A stretch of 63,066 nt of DNA, filler included, from Octopus bimaculoides (GCF_001194135.2; 4 parts of 4 records of this genome joined end to end with filler, not necessarily neighbours in it), one strand, 5' to 3'. Shown: positions 1 through 13,057, counted from the first letter of the whole stretch. Numbers and translations are program-made. The notes: generated by a model from the letters alone, not told the origin.

Positions 1-1365
1 TAAAAAAATATATATATATAAATAAAATATAAAAGATAAAAAATAGTATATATATAAAATTAAAATTATTCATATATACATATTTACAGACATTCACACA
101 CATATACACACACATACATATATATATATATACATATTTACAGACATCTTGTTGGATGGTCGTTGACTGTTCAGGAGTCCATCCGCCCTTTTACAGGTCT
201 TATTTTTCGTCCTGCAGGGTGTCCAACATATATATATATATAATATAGGATAAATTCTTTATAAGAATTTATCAAGTAGTCAGCGTGAAAAAAACTCAAA
301 ATGAAAAAATAACGAAAAATTTTCGTAATGAAAAAAATTCATCATTTCATCATAAATATAAATACTTATATATAAAGGGCATTAACTGTGTATTAATGCC
401 TCATGCTTCGAGGGACTAAATAAGTCAAAAACTACCAAAAGAATAACCAACATATTTACCGGGCTACATCGTGGTAGGTTGATTCTTGTTTATTCTTTAT
501 GTATCTTGACCATACGTGTACTGATGAACAAAAGAATACAGGTTACTTCACAGTTTTTCTGTATTTGATTGAGAAACCAGTGGTCTGCCGTTGAGTTAAA
601 TGTTTTTAAGAGATAAATTTTGAAANNNNNNNNNNNNNNNNNNNNNNNNNNNNNNNNNNNNNNNNNNNNNNNNNNNNNNNNNNNNNNNNNNNNNNNNNNN
701 NNNNNNNNNNNNNNNNNNNNNNNNNNNNNNNNNNNNNNNNNNNNNNNNNNNNNNNNNNNNNNNNNNNNNNNNNNNNNNNNNNNNNNNNNNNNNNNNNNNN
801 NNNNNNNNNNNNNNNNNNNNNNNNNNNNNNNNNNNNNNNNNNNNNNNNNNNNNNNNNNNNNNNNNNNNNNNNNNNNNNNNNNNNNNNNNNNNNNNNNNNN
901 NNNNNNNNNNNNNNNNNNNNNNNNNNNNNNNNNNNNNNNNNNNNNNNNNNNNNNNNNNNNNNNNNNNNNNNNNNNNNNNNNNNNNNNNNNNNNNNNNNNN
1001 NNNNNNNNNNNNNNNNNNNNNNNNNNNNNNNNNNNNNNNNNNNNNNNNNNNNNNNNNNNNNNNNNNNNNNNNNNNNNNNNNNNNNNNNNNNNNNNNNNNN
1101 NNNNNNNNNNNNNNNNNNNNNNNNNNNNNNNNNNNNNNNNNNNNNNNNNNNNNNNNNNNNNNNNNNNNNNNNNNNNNNNNNNNNNNNNNNNNNNNNNNGT
1201 TCTGCCAGCTCGCTGCCTTAAATGAGGGGAAATATATCAATGAAGACCAAAGAAACACTTTTTTTAAACCCCCACCACTTGAAATGAGACAGGACTTTCT
1301 TTCCACCTTAATTATGTTTCTCACATTTCTTTCTTAACAATAGCATCATTATTATCATTGCTTCT

Positions 1366-1610
1366 AAGGCGGCGAGCTGGCAGAATCGTTAGCGCGCTTG
1401 ATGAAATGCTTAGCGGCATTTCGCCCGTCGCCACGTTCTGAGTTCAAATCCCGTCCTTAGATTCTGAGTTCAAATTCCGCCGTGATCGACTTTGCCTTTC
1501 ATCCTTTCGGTGTCGATAAATTAAGTACCAGTGAAACACTGGGATCGATGTAATCGATTAGTCCCCTCCACACAAATTTGAGGCTTTGTGTCTACAGTAA
1601 AAAGGATTAT
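1366..1610 (+). mobile_element. tRNA-derived SINE family B
   Basis: Head GGCGGCGAGCTGGCAGAATCGTTAGC, B-box GAGTTCAAAT.CC (here locally duplicated), core GTCGATAAATTAAGTACCAG. Many paralogs in the window. Confidence 0.85.
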
Positions 1611-2224
1611 CACTGCTTCGAACAACGCACACTTTTGCAGATAATACCGGTTTCCACGGTTTCTAGACTTTTCACAGATGTCATCCACATGTCAACCAAA
1701 TAACCTTTCGTTGGATTCCTACAGCCTTTGTTTCATGTTCACTCGTAATATTTTCCAATGAAGAAATAACAACCTTGTCTTCTTCGGTCAACACAAACAC
1801 GAAATCAGTGCGTGTATATCAATGAAGCAGTCTTTTTTCATACATCTTTCTACACATGGATATATCACAAGTTAAAGCTTGCAAATCTTAACAACTGCAG
1901 GACTTTTCAATCTCTTACAATCTCTCATAGCAACTTCACGATGATATAAAATTGCTTAAACTACATAACCAATATAACACTATCTCGTTAACACCAGAAA
2001 ATATAATACTTCACTCTGGACCAGTTTCGCATTCTCAACAAAGCCTAATTAATACAACTATTGAGGTTTAAAATAGTTCGTTTTATTTGCTTTGTAAGAT
2101 TCTAGATGTTAACTCGAATGTTGAAACAGATTTTGCTATATCCAGGGAAAGTTGTCAATGATGAGGTTGCGAATGGCGTTGAAAAGGCTGAGAAACTTAG
2201 TTGACTGATTGATTGATTAACCGA

Positions 2225-2500
2225 AAATCGATGAATTAATTGGTTAAATAGTTAACTAGTTGAATGCTAATAATAAAAGACGTGAATAGAACCAGTGCGT
2301 GTGTTTATTATTGGCATAATGACCCTCCAGAAATGCAATATTTATCCAAGGCTAACACGATTGACTTGAGCCGATACAGCTTGGAACCAATGTCGATTGC
2401 TGAATTGGTTAAGTAGTTAGCCAGTTGACTAATAATAATAAAAGAAGTAAAATAGAACCAGTGCGTGTATATATTATTGGTATAATGACCTTCCCGTGAT
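2225..2500 (+). repeat. Diverged tandem duplication, ~165-bp period
   Basis: AATTGGTTAA.TAGTTA.C.AGTTGA..TAATAATAAAAGA.GT.AATAGAACCAGTGCGTGT....ATTATTGG.ATAATGACC occurs twice. Confidence 0.85.
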
Positions 2501-4104
2501 ACAACGTTTAATCAAGGGAAACACCATCGACATGGACTGAAACACTGTCGACAGAGTCTGGGCTGTCAAAAAGTAAAGAATGGAGCCAATAGCACAAGGC
2601 ACCATATCCTCCACCGCCCTCTTCAACAATTCCGTCAATCCACCGCCCTAGACTGGTGCCTTTTCTTTTATCAATCCATAAGAGAATGAAAAGTTGACTT
2701 CGGTGGGATTTAAACTCGGAGCTCCAAGAATTGAAACAAATTTTGCGATATATTGCGATGATTGTACCAATTCGCGCGTCCTCGTGCACACTGAGTTACC
2801 TTTCAAGGGGGAGAGGATGTGAGAATGAGGTTGTTTCTGGAAAGATTCACTAATTCTGCCATCCATCTACCCTCTAATGGAAAGAATTATCACACTGAGA
2901 TCGAAAAGTAACACCGAACACACAGGTGGAAATCGAACCATCTTTCATAATCTAACCAGGTAGAGCTGCTATCTTTTACATCGTATAAACTTTCAAGCCC
3001 AAACTATTGCTTACGATTGTACAACATTTAAAATGTTTATATATTACATGAATGTAAGTGTATATGCATATATATATGTGTGTGCGTGTAAATATGAATG
3101 AGATAAATGTGTGTACTTGTATATGTACGTGTGCATGTGCCTGCATGTGTGCGTGCGCGTGTGTTTGAAATATGTTGTATGATGCAATATAATACGAGAT
3201 ATATCAACGCGCAAATATGATGCTAATAGTCTCTTGCATGTTATTATGGAGTCTATTCACCTAAAGTTCATTAACCTGGAATGAATATTCTAAATACAAT
3301 AAACTCATACATCACATCCAATCCGATGATGGCTAGAGAAAATGTCAAAATACCACTCAATCTCTTTCTTTGTGATATTCAAGCTTGGAAAATGTAACGC
3401 AGTCTCCTCATTTGATGATTTAGCTAATTGCTAGGACGGATAAACAACTCAACATAAAACTGGTTAACAAAAGTTACAAACTGTGGATTTCATTCTTCTC
3501 GCGCACTCGCTCTCTTATACGTAAGTCTTTTGTGTGCGTGTACATGCGCATATATATTTGCGTGTGAGATTTTCTTGTTTCATATATATATATATATATA
3601 TATATAAAGAATAATAATAAATGGAGCAAAANNNNNNNNNNNNNNNNNNNNNNNNNNNNNNNNNNNNNNNNNNNNNNNNNNNNNNNNNNNNNNNNNNNNN
3701 NNNNNNNNNNNNNNNNNNNNNNNNNNNNNNNCCTCGACGTCGTAAGCGACGGAGTGCCAACAACAAATGTATGTATGTATGCTTGGATGGATGAATGGAT
3801 GGATGGATGCTTCTTTGTTTATATGTATGTATGCATACATGCATACATGTATGAATGTATATATGTTTGTAAGACGTGTGAATCGATAATTACATACAGG
3901 TCTCTCACTGTGTGCGTATGCGTACGCGCGCGTATGGAGAAAGAGAGAGAGCAGAAATGGTCGTACATATGCTCATAAATGTCTATCTTCCCATCTTCTC
4001 TTTCTTTTTATTATACAATTCGTCCTTTCCGTTATTGACCACCACCTCAGAATACCACTCTATACCCTCATTCTGTCTAAAGATGCTTTCTTCGTCCATC
4101 TTTT

Positions 4105-4390
4105 CACTCCTTTTATTCTTTTGTACTCCAAGCACAAGGCTCGAAATTTTGTGGGAGGGAGCCAGACGATTAGATGAACCCCAGCACGCAACTGGTACTA
4201 AATTATCTAAACACAAACACACACACATATATGACGGGCTTGTTTCGGTTTCCCTCTACCCAATCCATTCGCAAGGCTTTGGTCAGAGGCGATAGTACAG
4301 GACACTTGCCGAAGGTGTCACGCAGTGGGACTGAACCTGGAACCATGTTGTTCGTAAGAAGCTACTTACCACACAGCCACTCATGCACCT
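4105..4390 (-). mobile_element. tRNA-derived SINE family A (CORE-like CCTTGGGCAAG motif)
   Basis: Reverse complement of the 30958 and 54194 copies. Confidence 0.8.
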
Positions 4391-4416
4391 ATATAAACAT
4401 ATATATTCTTTTCTAC

Positions 4417-4634
4417 TCTGGGCACAAAACCCCCAATTTTTTTTTTGGGGGGGGGGGGGGAGGCCAGTCGATTATATCGACCTCAGTATGCAACTGGTAT
4501 TTAATTTATCGACCCCGAAAGTATGAAAGGCAAAGTCGACCTCGGTGGAATTTGAACTCAGAACGTAAAGACGGACGAAATACCGCTAAGCATTTCGTCC
4601 GGCGTGCTAACGATTCTGCCAGCTCACCGCCTTT
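4417..4634 (-). mobile_element. SINE family B
   Basis: Near full-length reverse complement of the 1366/6258 copies. Confidence 0.85.
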
Positions 4635-5339
4635 CACTCCTTTTATTTAATCAACCTTACACCGCTGTGTCTCATCCTCCATTACATCATGAACACTACA
4701 CGGACGATAACGACCACGACAACGACAACGACCATGACCACNNNNNNNNNNNNNNNNNNNNNNNNNNNNNNNNNNNNNNNNNNNNNNNNNNNNNNNNNNN
4801 NNNNNNNNNNNNNNNNNNNNNNNNNNNNNNNNNNNNNNNNNNNNNNNNNNNNNNNNNNNNNNNNNNNNNNNNNNNNNNNNNNNNNNNNNNNNNNNNNNNN
4901 NNNNNNNNNNNNNNNNNNNNNNNNNNNNNNNNNNNNNNNNNNNNNNNNNNNNNNNNNNNNNNNNNNNNNNATATATATAATTATGTGTATTTCTTCTATC
5001 TTAATGAATAAAAATTCTTCTGATAGAATAAATGGGTTAATAGAAACCAATGTAGCAAAGAACACAAAATAACTGTGATTTAGTTCCTGTTTTTAAGGCA
5101 GGGACTCCTTGAAATTTTGGGTATTTGAGTATATTTAAGAATTTAAGGAATGGAGAAAACGCATGTTATATATGTATATGTATATATGTGATAATTGGGC
5201 CTCTTGACCTGTGAGACCCCTGGGCAACTGTCCAGTGTGCCCATGTCTTAAAACAACACTGCCCAAACCCCTCCTATGAGTCAACGCGCTACCACTTTAT
5301 TAAAATGGAGGTGCACATTGGACAAAAATTTTGGAGGGG

Positions 5340-5460
5340 GAAAGTGAAAGATGAAAGGAAGAGTCGACCACGCAGGAATTTGAACTCAGAACGTAAAGCG
5401 GAACGAAATGCCGCAAAGCAGTTTGTTAGGCGTGCCTACAATTCTGCCAGCTCGTCGCTG
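5340..5460 (-). mobile_element. SINE family B, 5' half
   Basis: GGAATTTGAACTCAGAACGT...TTCTGCCAGCTCG. Confidence 0.7.
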
Positions 5461-5529
5461 GTGTAGTATTTGGAGTCAGCGCATGGGCGAATTTGTATGT
5501 TTTGTTTTATGCATGTATTCTCACACCAA

Positions 5530-5750
5530 CACCTGTTGTCAAGCGGTGAGACACAAAGACACGCGCACATAGAAATTTTGTACATTTATATACGACAGAC
5601 TTCTTTCAGTTTCTGTCTACCAAATCCACTCACAAGGCTTTGGTCGGATCGAGGCTATTGTAGGAGGTACTTTCCCAAGGTGCCGCGCAATGGGACTGAA
5701 CTTGGAACCATGTGGTTGGGAAGCAAACTTCTTGCCCCACAAGCACGACT
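5530..5750 (-). mobile_element. SINE family A
   Basis: CTACCAAATCCACTCACAAGGCTTTGGTC..GGGACTGAAC. Confidence 0.8.
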
Positions 5751-6157
5751 GCGCTCATGTTAGACCACTTTATATTAACATGTTTAATATGAAGTTTTTT
5801 GCTTAAATTTGGAAACTCAGATAACAATGTTTAGGTGAATGGAACCACTCTGAGCAGGGTCCAGTCGAATGGGGAACAATAGTTGAGCGAAGATTTGAGC
5901 CCTTTGTGGTCAAAGTGATTCTGGATCTTTGGTGTTCCTTGATTGGACCTTGACCTTGCTGGAAGCTCTTCTGTTCCTGAAGAACTGCATCATTCATGAT
6001 TTCACATTCTTTGTATATGTATACTGTTATCTCATTTCATCCTCCTTTATCTTCTTTCTCCTCATTTTGTTTTATTGTTTTAGGTAACCCTCACACAGAT
6101 TGTAAACTATTCTTGTGATGTCCTCCTCAACTGATGCCACTGTAGCAAATAAAAGAA

Positions 6158-6253
<96 letters not shown>
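6158..6253 (+). repeat. (ATT)n microsatellite
   Basis: Read directly. Confidence 0.98.
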
Positions 6254-6257
6254 TTAT

Positions 6258-6473
6258 GAAGGCGGCGAGCTGGCAGAATCGTTAGCACGCCGGGCGAAAT
6301 TCTTTGCGATATTTCGTCTGCCGCTACGTTCTGAGATCAAATTCCGCCGAGGTCAGCTTTGCCTATCATCCTATCGGGGTTGATGAGATGAAATAAGTAC
6401 CAGTTACGCACTGGGGTCGATGTAATCGACTATCACCTCTTCCAAATTTTCAAGCCTTGTGCCTACAGTAGAA

Positions 6474-6480
<7 letters not shown>
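6258..6480 (+). mobile_element. SINE family B
   Basis: Full head and core, flanked by (ATT)n. Confidence 0.85.
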
Positions 6481-6504
<24 letters not shown>

Positions 6505-6509
6505 TTATT

Positions 6510-7046
6510 ATTGAGTGAGAGAGCAGTGCATGTCATCAAAGTGACACTGGGGTAAAGTATACGAAGCCCCGTGTACCCATCATGACTACCCGTGTGATAA
6601 GGGTACACCAAGCACATGCATCCAACCATATGTGCGTTACATGGTGATCTCATATCAAGATTGCAGGTGGGGCTCAGTTTGAATTTTCTTCAGGTCAAGT
6701 AGCCCATCCCGCTCAAAAGATCCGTAAATAAGGCTTGTTTAAGGACGTTGAACGAAACACCCGTTTCCATAGATGAATTATCTAAACCCCAAAGAATTCC
6801 TCTCAACACATGGCTATGTTGCTTCCCTACTACTTCTGCTCATGATCAGAGATGCACATATCGTCAACCACTAAGGGACATGCTCGACTGGTTAAAGTCA
6901 AACAACTGACAAGCAAATCTGTGGTATTAAGCAGAATATTTACTGTAGCCCATCTTTTATACCAAGACGAAACAATGTACGTGATAACACTTCCAATCAG
7001 TTAAGATCAGAAGCCATGGGAGCCACTGCCTGGTACTGCATCAAAG

Positions 7047-7048
<2 letters not shown>
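6510..7048 (-). mobile_element. Interspersed repeat, probably a LINE 3' UTR, bounded by (ATT)n
   Basis: Non-coding block flanked by (ATT)n tracts that give an (AAT)n tail on the minus strand. Recalled as a common Octopus repeat; not verified. Confidence 0.4.
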
Positions 7049-7089
<41 letters not shown>

Positions 7090-7091
<2 letters not shown>

Positions 7092-7490
7092 GGTGATGAG
7101 CTTGCGGAATCGTTAGCGCGTCGAACAGGATGTTTAACGGCATTTCTTCAGGTTCTTTATGCTCTGAGCTAAAATTCCACCGGAATCAACTTTGCTTTTT
7201 ATTTTTCAAGGTCGATGAAGTACGTACCAGTCAAGTACTGGATTTGATGTAATAGACTCCGCTTCCCCTTAAACTCCTGGCCTTGTGCCAAATTTTGATA
7301 GAAAGGTGGTGAATTGGGCGAATCGTTCGCACGTCTAACAAAATACTCAACGACTCTAAGTTCAAATCCCACGGAAGTTGAATTTTCCTTTTGGAATCAA
7401 TAAAATAAGCACCAGTTGAGCTTTTGAGTCGATGTAATCAACTTGCTCCTCACGTTACAATTGTTGGCCTTGTGTCAAAATTAGAAAGAA
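7090..7490 (+). mobile_element. Two tandem degenerate SINE B copies
   Basis: Two successive GAATCGTT..GC heads, each with core and CCTTGTG tail. Confidence 0.65.
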
Positions 7491-7659
7491 TTCTTGTATT
7501 TGTTTTATTTTTAGTAGATGTCAGGTGGTGGTGGTGGTAGTGGGATTGGCGGTAGCAATGATGATGGGGGAAGGCGGGAGGTAAGAAAGTAATCTGGAAA
7601 TGGAAAAGTAATAAAAGCGAAATGTATCTGATGACAAGAGATATAAGGAGAAAACTATT

Positions 7660-7940
7660 TCGAGATAACCGGAAGTGATAAGAGGTATCTATGTTTTAGC
7701 GTCTAAAAACAGCAGTATGAGTTACGCTATAATTATCTATATGGTAGGTATGCGTGCTTAAGCATGCGCATTGAAGACCAAGAAAATACCAAAAGTTATG
7801 AATGAGTTAGAAGATTGGTGTGTAGTCTTGCAGTGCTATAGGTTCCATTCACACCTGTTGTTTACTGTTGTGATTCTTATTGGTGTTTTTGATGTTTGCT
7901 CGTGCATGCCTTCGTAATGCAGGTAGCCTACCTGGTACGT
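7660..7940 (+). promoter_or_regulatory. Candidate housekeeping-type promoter / first exon
   Basis: ETS-type CCGGAAGTG (7669-7677), NRF1-like GCATGCGCA (7762-7770), ATTGG boxes and a possible donor CTG|GTACGT (7935), all in unique sequence. Motif evidence only. Confidence 0.25.
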
Positions 7941-8009
7941 TTGCGATAAGGGCGTAGTAAATTACATAGAAACATTCACAAAACTAGTTAAGTGTAAATT
8001 ATTCCAAAA

Positions 8010-8100
8010 ATTTACGTGGTAAGAAGCTCGCTTCTCAACTACATGTTTCTGGGTTCAGTCCCACTGCGTGGCGCCTTGGGCCGACCAAAGCATATGTGTA
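8010..8100 (+). mobile_element. SINE family A, 5' fragment
   Basis: GTGGTAAGAAGCT..GGGTTCAGTCCCACTGCGTGGC. Confidence 0.7.
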
Positions 8101-8388
8101 ATAAGAGGACGCATACATACATACACACACATATGCATACAAACATGTACAGATATATACGTACATATACATACGTACAAACACATCCATCCTTTTAACT
8201 ATACATACAAGCATACATTTTTCCATATATACATAGATGCACACATCCATCAATTTTCCCTCCATACATAGCATCACGTTGCACACATATACGTACACAC
8301 ACACATATACATGCACACACACATACACCCAGCCATCGATCATTCCATCTATACATACATATGCAATATATATATATATATATATATA

Positions 8389-8488
8389 NNNNNNNNNNNN
8401 NNNNNNNNNNNNNNNNNNNNNNNNNNNNNNNNTTAATTAATTAANNNNNNNNNNNNNNNNNNNNNNNNNNNNNNNNNNNNNNNNNNNN
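8389..8488. other. Artificial scaffold linker N44-TTAATTAATTAA-N44
   Basis: The same 100-bp construct occurs at 28227-28326 and 46965-47064; it has stops in all six frames. Confidence 0.9.
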
Positions 8489-8520
<32 letters not shown>

Positions 8521-9405
8521 GCCAGTAACACAATCTGTATCACGTCCTCGCGTTGTTGTTTTTTGTCGTTTTTCTTTTTTGAACCTACGAATATATATAT
8601 ATATATATATATATATTGTATTTATATATCCCGATGAAGGCGCTGGGTGGCGCCATTCGATGCTTAAAACAGTGGAAAGCGCATTGTGAGTAGCGGCGTG
8701 TAGCAACGTATGATAGTCTGGTCGGTCACGTTATCGTGTGATATATGTAATTAAGCAAATACATGCACACACACACATCGTGAGAGAGAACATTTCGTTT
8801 GGAATCAACAAAACAGCTGTGTGAATATATTCTAATATATTTTTCGTATATTTGCCAAATAAAAGCGGTATTAAACATGCGATTGCAAAACAAAGCATGT
8901 TATCACGGTAAATATTATTCTTCAGCGATATGGCTTCTCGCCTCTGACAATTGACTTAACAAAGCAGAATATTATGCAAGATCAATTAACACATACAAAA
9001 TTGCAAAACTTGATAACTTTGCATTTTTAATTTATTTCATGATGCCGAACATTTCACCGCATAGTTGCGACCTGGTTACCTTTTGTGATCCACTGCAAAG
9101 CATTTACAACTTGAAGGAGCAGAACGAGAACGTTTGGTAGAAAGAGAAATGAAATACGTCGTGTGTATTTTTTTTTTGTGTCTTTAGTTTTGTATCATTC
9201 TTCGTCATTATCCATTATAGGATAATTTTTTTTTTACCTAAATGCTCATATTTTCTCATCTTCTATGCGAAAGAGGAAATAATTTTTGTAAAGTTTTTTT
9301 TCGCTCACAAATTTTTCCTTTCTTTCAATCTCACTGGCACAGTATAAGGTATGACATATATACGTATGTATGTATGTATGTATGTATGTATGTATGTATG
9401 TATGT

Positions 9406-9525
9406 TAGTGGAGGCGCAATAGCCCAGTGGTTAGGGCAGCGGACTCACGATCATAGGATCGCAGTTTCGATTCCCAGACCGGGCGTTTGGAGTGTTTATT
9501 GAGCGAAATCACCTAAAGCTCTACG
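9406..9525 (+). mobile_element. tRNA-derived SINE family C, 5' part
   Basis: GGAGGCGCAAT.GCCCAGTGGTTAGGGCAGCGGACTC with A/B boxes; abuts the R4-like LINE. Confidence 0.8.
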
Positions 9526-12330
9526 ATGCCATTGTAAGATATGTTTTCATTTACCCACAGGTACTTACAGCATTTCTCATTAGATATAAGGAAAACAGTT
9601 AAGTCATTGATTGAAATACCCTTAGCCTGGTTTACAGTTTTCTCACTTTCCATAACCATATAGCAAAATGCAACCAAATCCTTTGAGAATATTGTAACCA
9701 GGTCAAGGTTCTTTTCATCTGAAGCATATTTTAGGCATATAGTTTCAAGTCATCAATAGCGAAAGTGTGTATAAATTTGATATTTGTTTCCTTGTGAACC
9801 ACTGAGATACATTTGTGAGTTACTGTACATGTGTGACAAGAGTCTTACATTACAGGAAACAAACAGGATCACAGAGACACTGTTTCCTTGGAATGCACCT
9901 CTACGATACTGCATTTCATCAGTGATAAAACAGTCACTCTTTGAATTTAACACGAAAATGTTGGCCCACGATGATGTCGCGTTATTTATGACTTTGACTA
10001 TGCTTACTGGAACTTAAGGGAATCGAAGGGCTTCTAGCATCCATGAGCAGAGGACAGAGTCAAAAGCCTTCTTGTAGTTCAGCCACATCGAAACTAGTCT
10101 CCTCCTATTTCCCTGCACCTCTGACATTACATTTTTGTTTATAAACAATTGCACGACACATCACCAAGTTCCCTTCTCCCCAGTGACTTGTTGTTACTTT
10201 CACAATGATCTTGGAAGAGGAGGAGGCTTAAACTTGCTTTATACATTTAGTTCTGGTGAGCTATTGGCGTTTAGATGTTTGGTTCTACTTTTGGGGATCA
10301 GTTTTGTCTCTGCCAGAGCTAACGAATGCAGTATGCTACCATTCCCATTGAGAGCTTGATGGTAAAGAATGATAAGATATGGTCGGTTGAAGGTTAGCTT
10401 ATGTATCAGTATCCAAAAATCAAAACTTTTCCAGGTGATTTTCCATCTTTATGTTTCTGGATTGCAGCCACAAGTGTATCACAATCAATTCTCTTAATTG
10501 TATTTCTTTTCGGTTATTCTCTGATGCTGGAGTTTCTCACTGACAGCTATTAGCTCCTGCTTGAAGGTGATCAGTTAGCAATTGAGTGTTCTCATTTTCC
10601 TATCCCCAAGAATCACTTCTGTTGCGGGATTAGCACAAGAAAATATGAACGGTATTTACTATAAACAGTTTAGTTACCATCTTCAGATGTCCTGGATCAC
10701 AGATGTCACATTCCACTTATGAGATACTATGGTTCTGTTGAATCATTGTACAGCGAGTATACAGAATAACATTCACAAACGGGTGTACTTATGATACCTT
10801 TATTTAGCGTTTTGAATGAGAATTTGACGTTTATAGAACTAGGAAGAACAAATCAACGAATCATTTCGAAAGCTTGAAAAGCTGATTTCATTAAAACATA
10901 TCACCTTTCAGGCAAAGAAGAGAATAACTTCCCGTTCCAGAACAGTTAAGGTGGTTTCAAACAATATCAGGTAAACGTAAACGATATTCACTAGATGTGA
11001 ATTAGATCAAATTAGAAGAGAGTTTTATGCGTCTGGCACGCTGGTATGGGTTCAAACGAAATGAAAACTGACAGATTACAGGTTCAAAGTAGCTGATCAA
11101 ATGCCATCATACCAAAAGTCGTACGTAAGTTGAATTGATCTGAGGATGCTTTTACTAGGTTTGCTCTGATGCTTCTAATTTGAATGTTTATAATAGAATG
11201 CTAACACTTTTAACCAGAACATTGTTCCATATAGCGCTGTGTAAATTTGAGGCGTATTGCAGCCACCAATGAAACAGGTGATAGAAAAAAATCAAAGCAG
11301 GCAAGATGTATTTCTCATGACGATAAAAGATACAACCGTTATGGAGGCAGTGTGTTCAATTGGTACTAGGCACACGTTGAAGGGGAAAGAAGCCACAGAG
11401 AAAGCTGGTACATTCACGAAATGAATGGGTTTAAGCGTGCGTTGCAAACTGACGTTAGAGGTCCAGGCGTTTTTCTGTAAAACAATAAAATATTTTGTAG
11501 AATCGGAAGGTCGGACAAAGTCTAATGGGGGAAAGTGAGATGGAAGAAAGAGAAGAATAGAAGAAAGTAAAACACATTGTTTTTATTTGAAGCTATGGTA
11601 GAGTGCAGTGGATCACAACCTCATCTACTTGACCAATAAACATCTCAATATTAGCAGAATCATATTATTTGTACCTATGCATTTCAGGTATATATTGAGA
11701 ATAGTGAAAGTTCTTTAAGAATCCAACGGGAGATGCTGTAAGACACGTTGCTTACGCTGGATCAATTCTATCAACTTATGTACCGAGGCACAAGCAAGTA
11801 CTTTGGGAAATTACAGATCTTAAGAGCAAAGCTGCGCAAACAAATACGAATAAGGAAACAGAACAAACATTGATATTAAATTTATGATGAGAATCACAAA
11901 ATCTAACTGGAATCAGTGTACTGTACTTTGGCATTTGAGGGGTGTCAACATTGCCAGATATTTGGAATGTATTAGCGAAGCATGCAACGACCACGGATAT
12001 GGTCAACATGGCATTGTTACCCTGTCGGTCTCAAGAACGGTACATTTTCTGGTCACCAGGGAATTCATTGTCCCATGGGTTACATTAGCAGGGTTAGTGA
12101 AAGAGTGCACTAGAAATAGATGCGGAGCACAGTTACGGATGACGACTGCTGAAGGATAGACATTTTTAGACTCATTTTACTACAACTTTGATCATGATTA
12201 GAAGTAAGTTGAGGTGGTACAGAAGCGATTTTGAGGGATAGTATATGTTTGTTCATGATTAAAACTAGAGAATTTGGTAAGCTATCAGAGAGGTGGTAGT
12301 GAACGGGGTATCGCAAAGCAGTACTGGGTT
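9525..12330 (-). mobile_element. Degenerate RLE-type (R4/Dong/NeSL-like) non-LTR retrotransposon, RT region and upstream ORF, frameshifted
   Basis: Minus-strand conceptual translation gives RT motifs in order: QLFINKNVM..RRLVSMWLNYKKAFDS (~10060-10140), RGAFQGNSVSVILF (~9860-9905) and IDDLKLYA (9734-9757). Stops and frameshifts are present. The 5' limit is approximate. Confidence 0.8.
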
Positions 12331-13019
12331 ACCAGATAGAGTCGTACAATACTTCAATGACACAAATTATTAAAAAGAATTCACTTATTTTGATGAGCAT
12401 GCAGTTTTCATTGCAAGTATCTTCACTGTTGGTATCGTATCTCAGCTGAAAATTATTACTTGGTCACGTTGTTCCGAAATATGTTGGATGATTTGAAAAT
12501 TATAATGCTCTTTTGTTAGGAAATTTGTCTGATGCATTTGTACATTTTTGTTGATATATTTCAAGAGTGTCATGAATCTTAATTAAGGAGTATTAATGAA
12601 ATAACACACCAATCGCATTTCATATGAAGACAGGAAGCTGAATTAGAAATTTCCGTGAGGTTGCATTAAGCAGCTATTTATCCAGATGCTATTGTTATTC
12701 GCAAATGTATGAGAATTACATACTTCTACGCTTTTGATATTTTACTGACATTAACAAACTGTTGACATTTCAGTAATTAGATTTTCAATGTTAATTAAGA
12801 AATATATTAAGAAATTAATTACACCAATATAGATTCGCTAGTGTAGAAGTATTTTTAACTTAGATGTATAGAATTAACATTTATAATAAATCATCATGGA
12901 ATATTTATCTCATTCAGAAGTTGCCCCTATTTATTTCTAATCATTTTTTACTGACCAAATTAATTTTCCCTCTATATGTGAATGAAAGTATGGGCAAAAA
13001 TATAGCTACATATATAATA

Positions 13020-13057
13020 CTAGTAGAAAGACCGCCTTTCGGGCGGTTTTCTACTAG
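13020..13057. repeat. Short GC-stem hairpin bounded by CTAG
   Basis: CTAGTAGAAAGACCGCCTTTCGGGCGGTTTTCTACTAG. Confidence 0.85.

Noticed and set aside
596-1324. Long ORFs spanning N runs (also 13758-14412, 26453-27000, 29789-30684, 32462-33474, 60697-61669)
   Set aside because: They are open only because N codons are not stops.
5803-5997. GC-richer island with a 64-aa ORF
   Set aside because: No frame gave a recognisable protein and there are no convincing splice sites.
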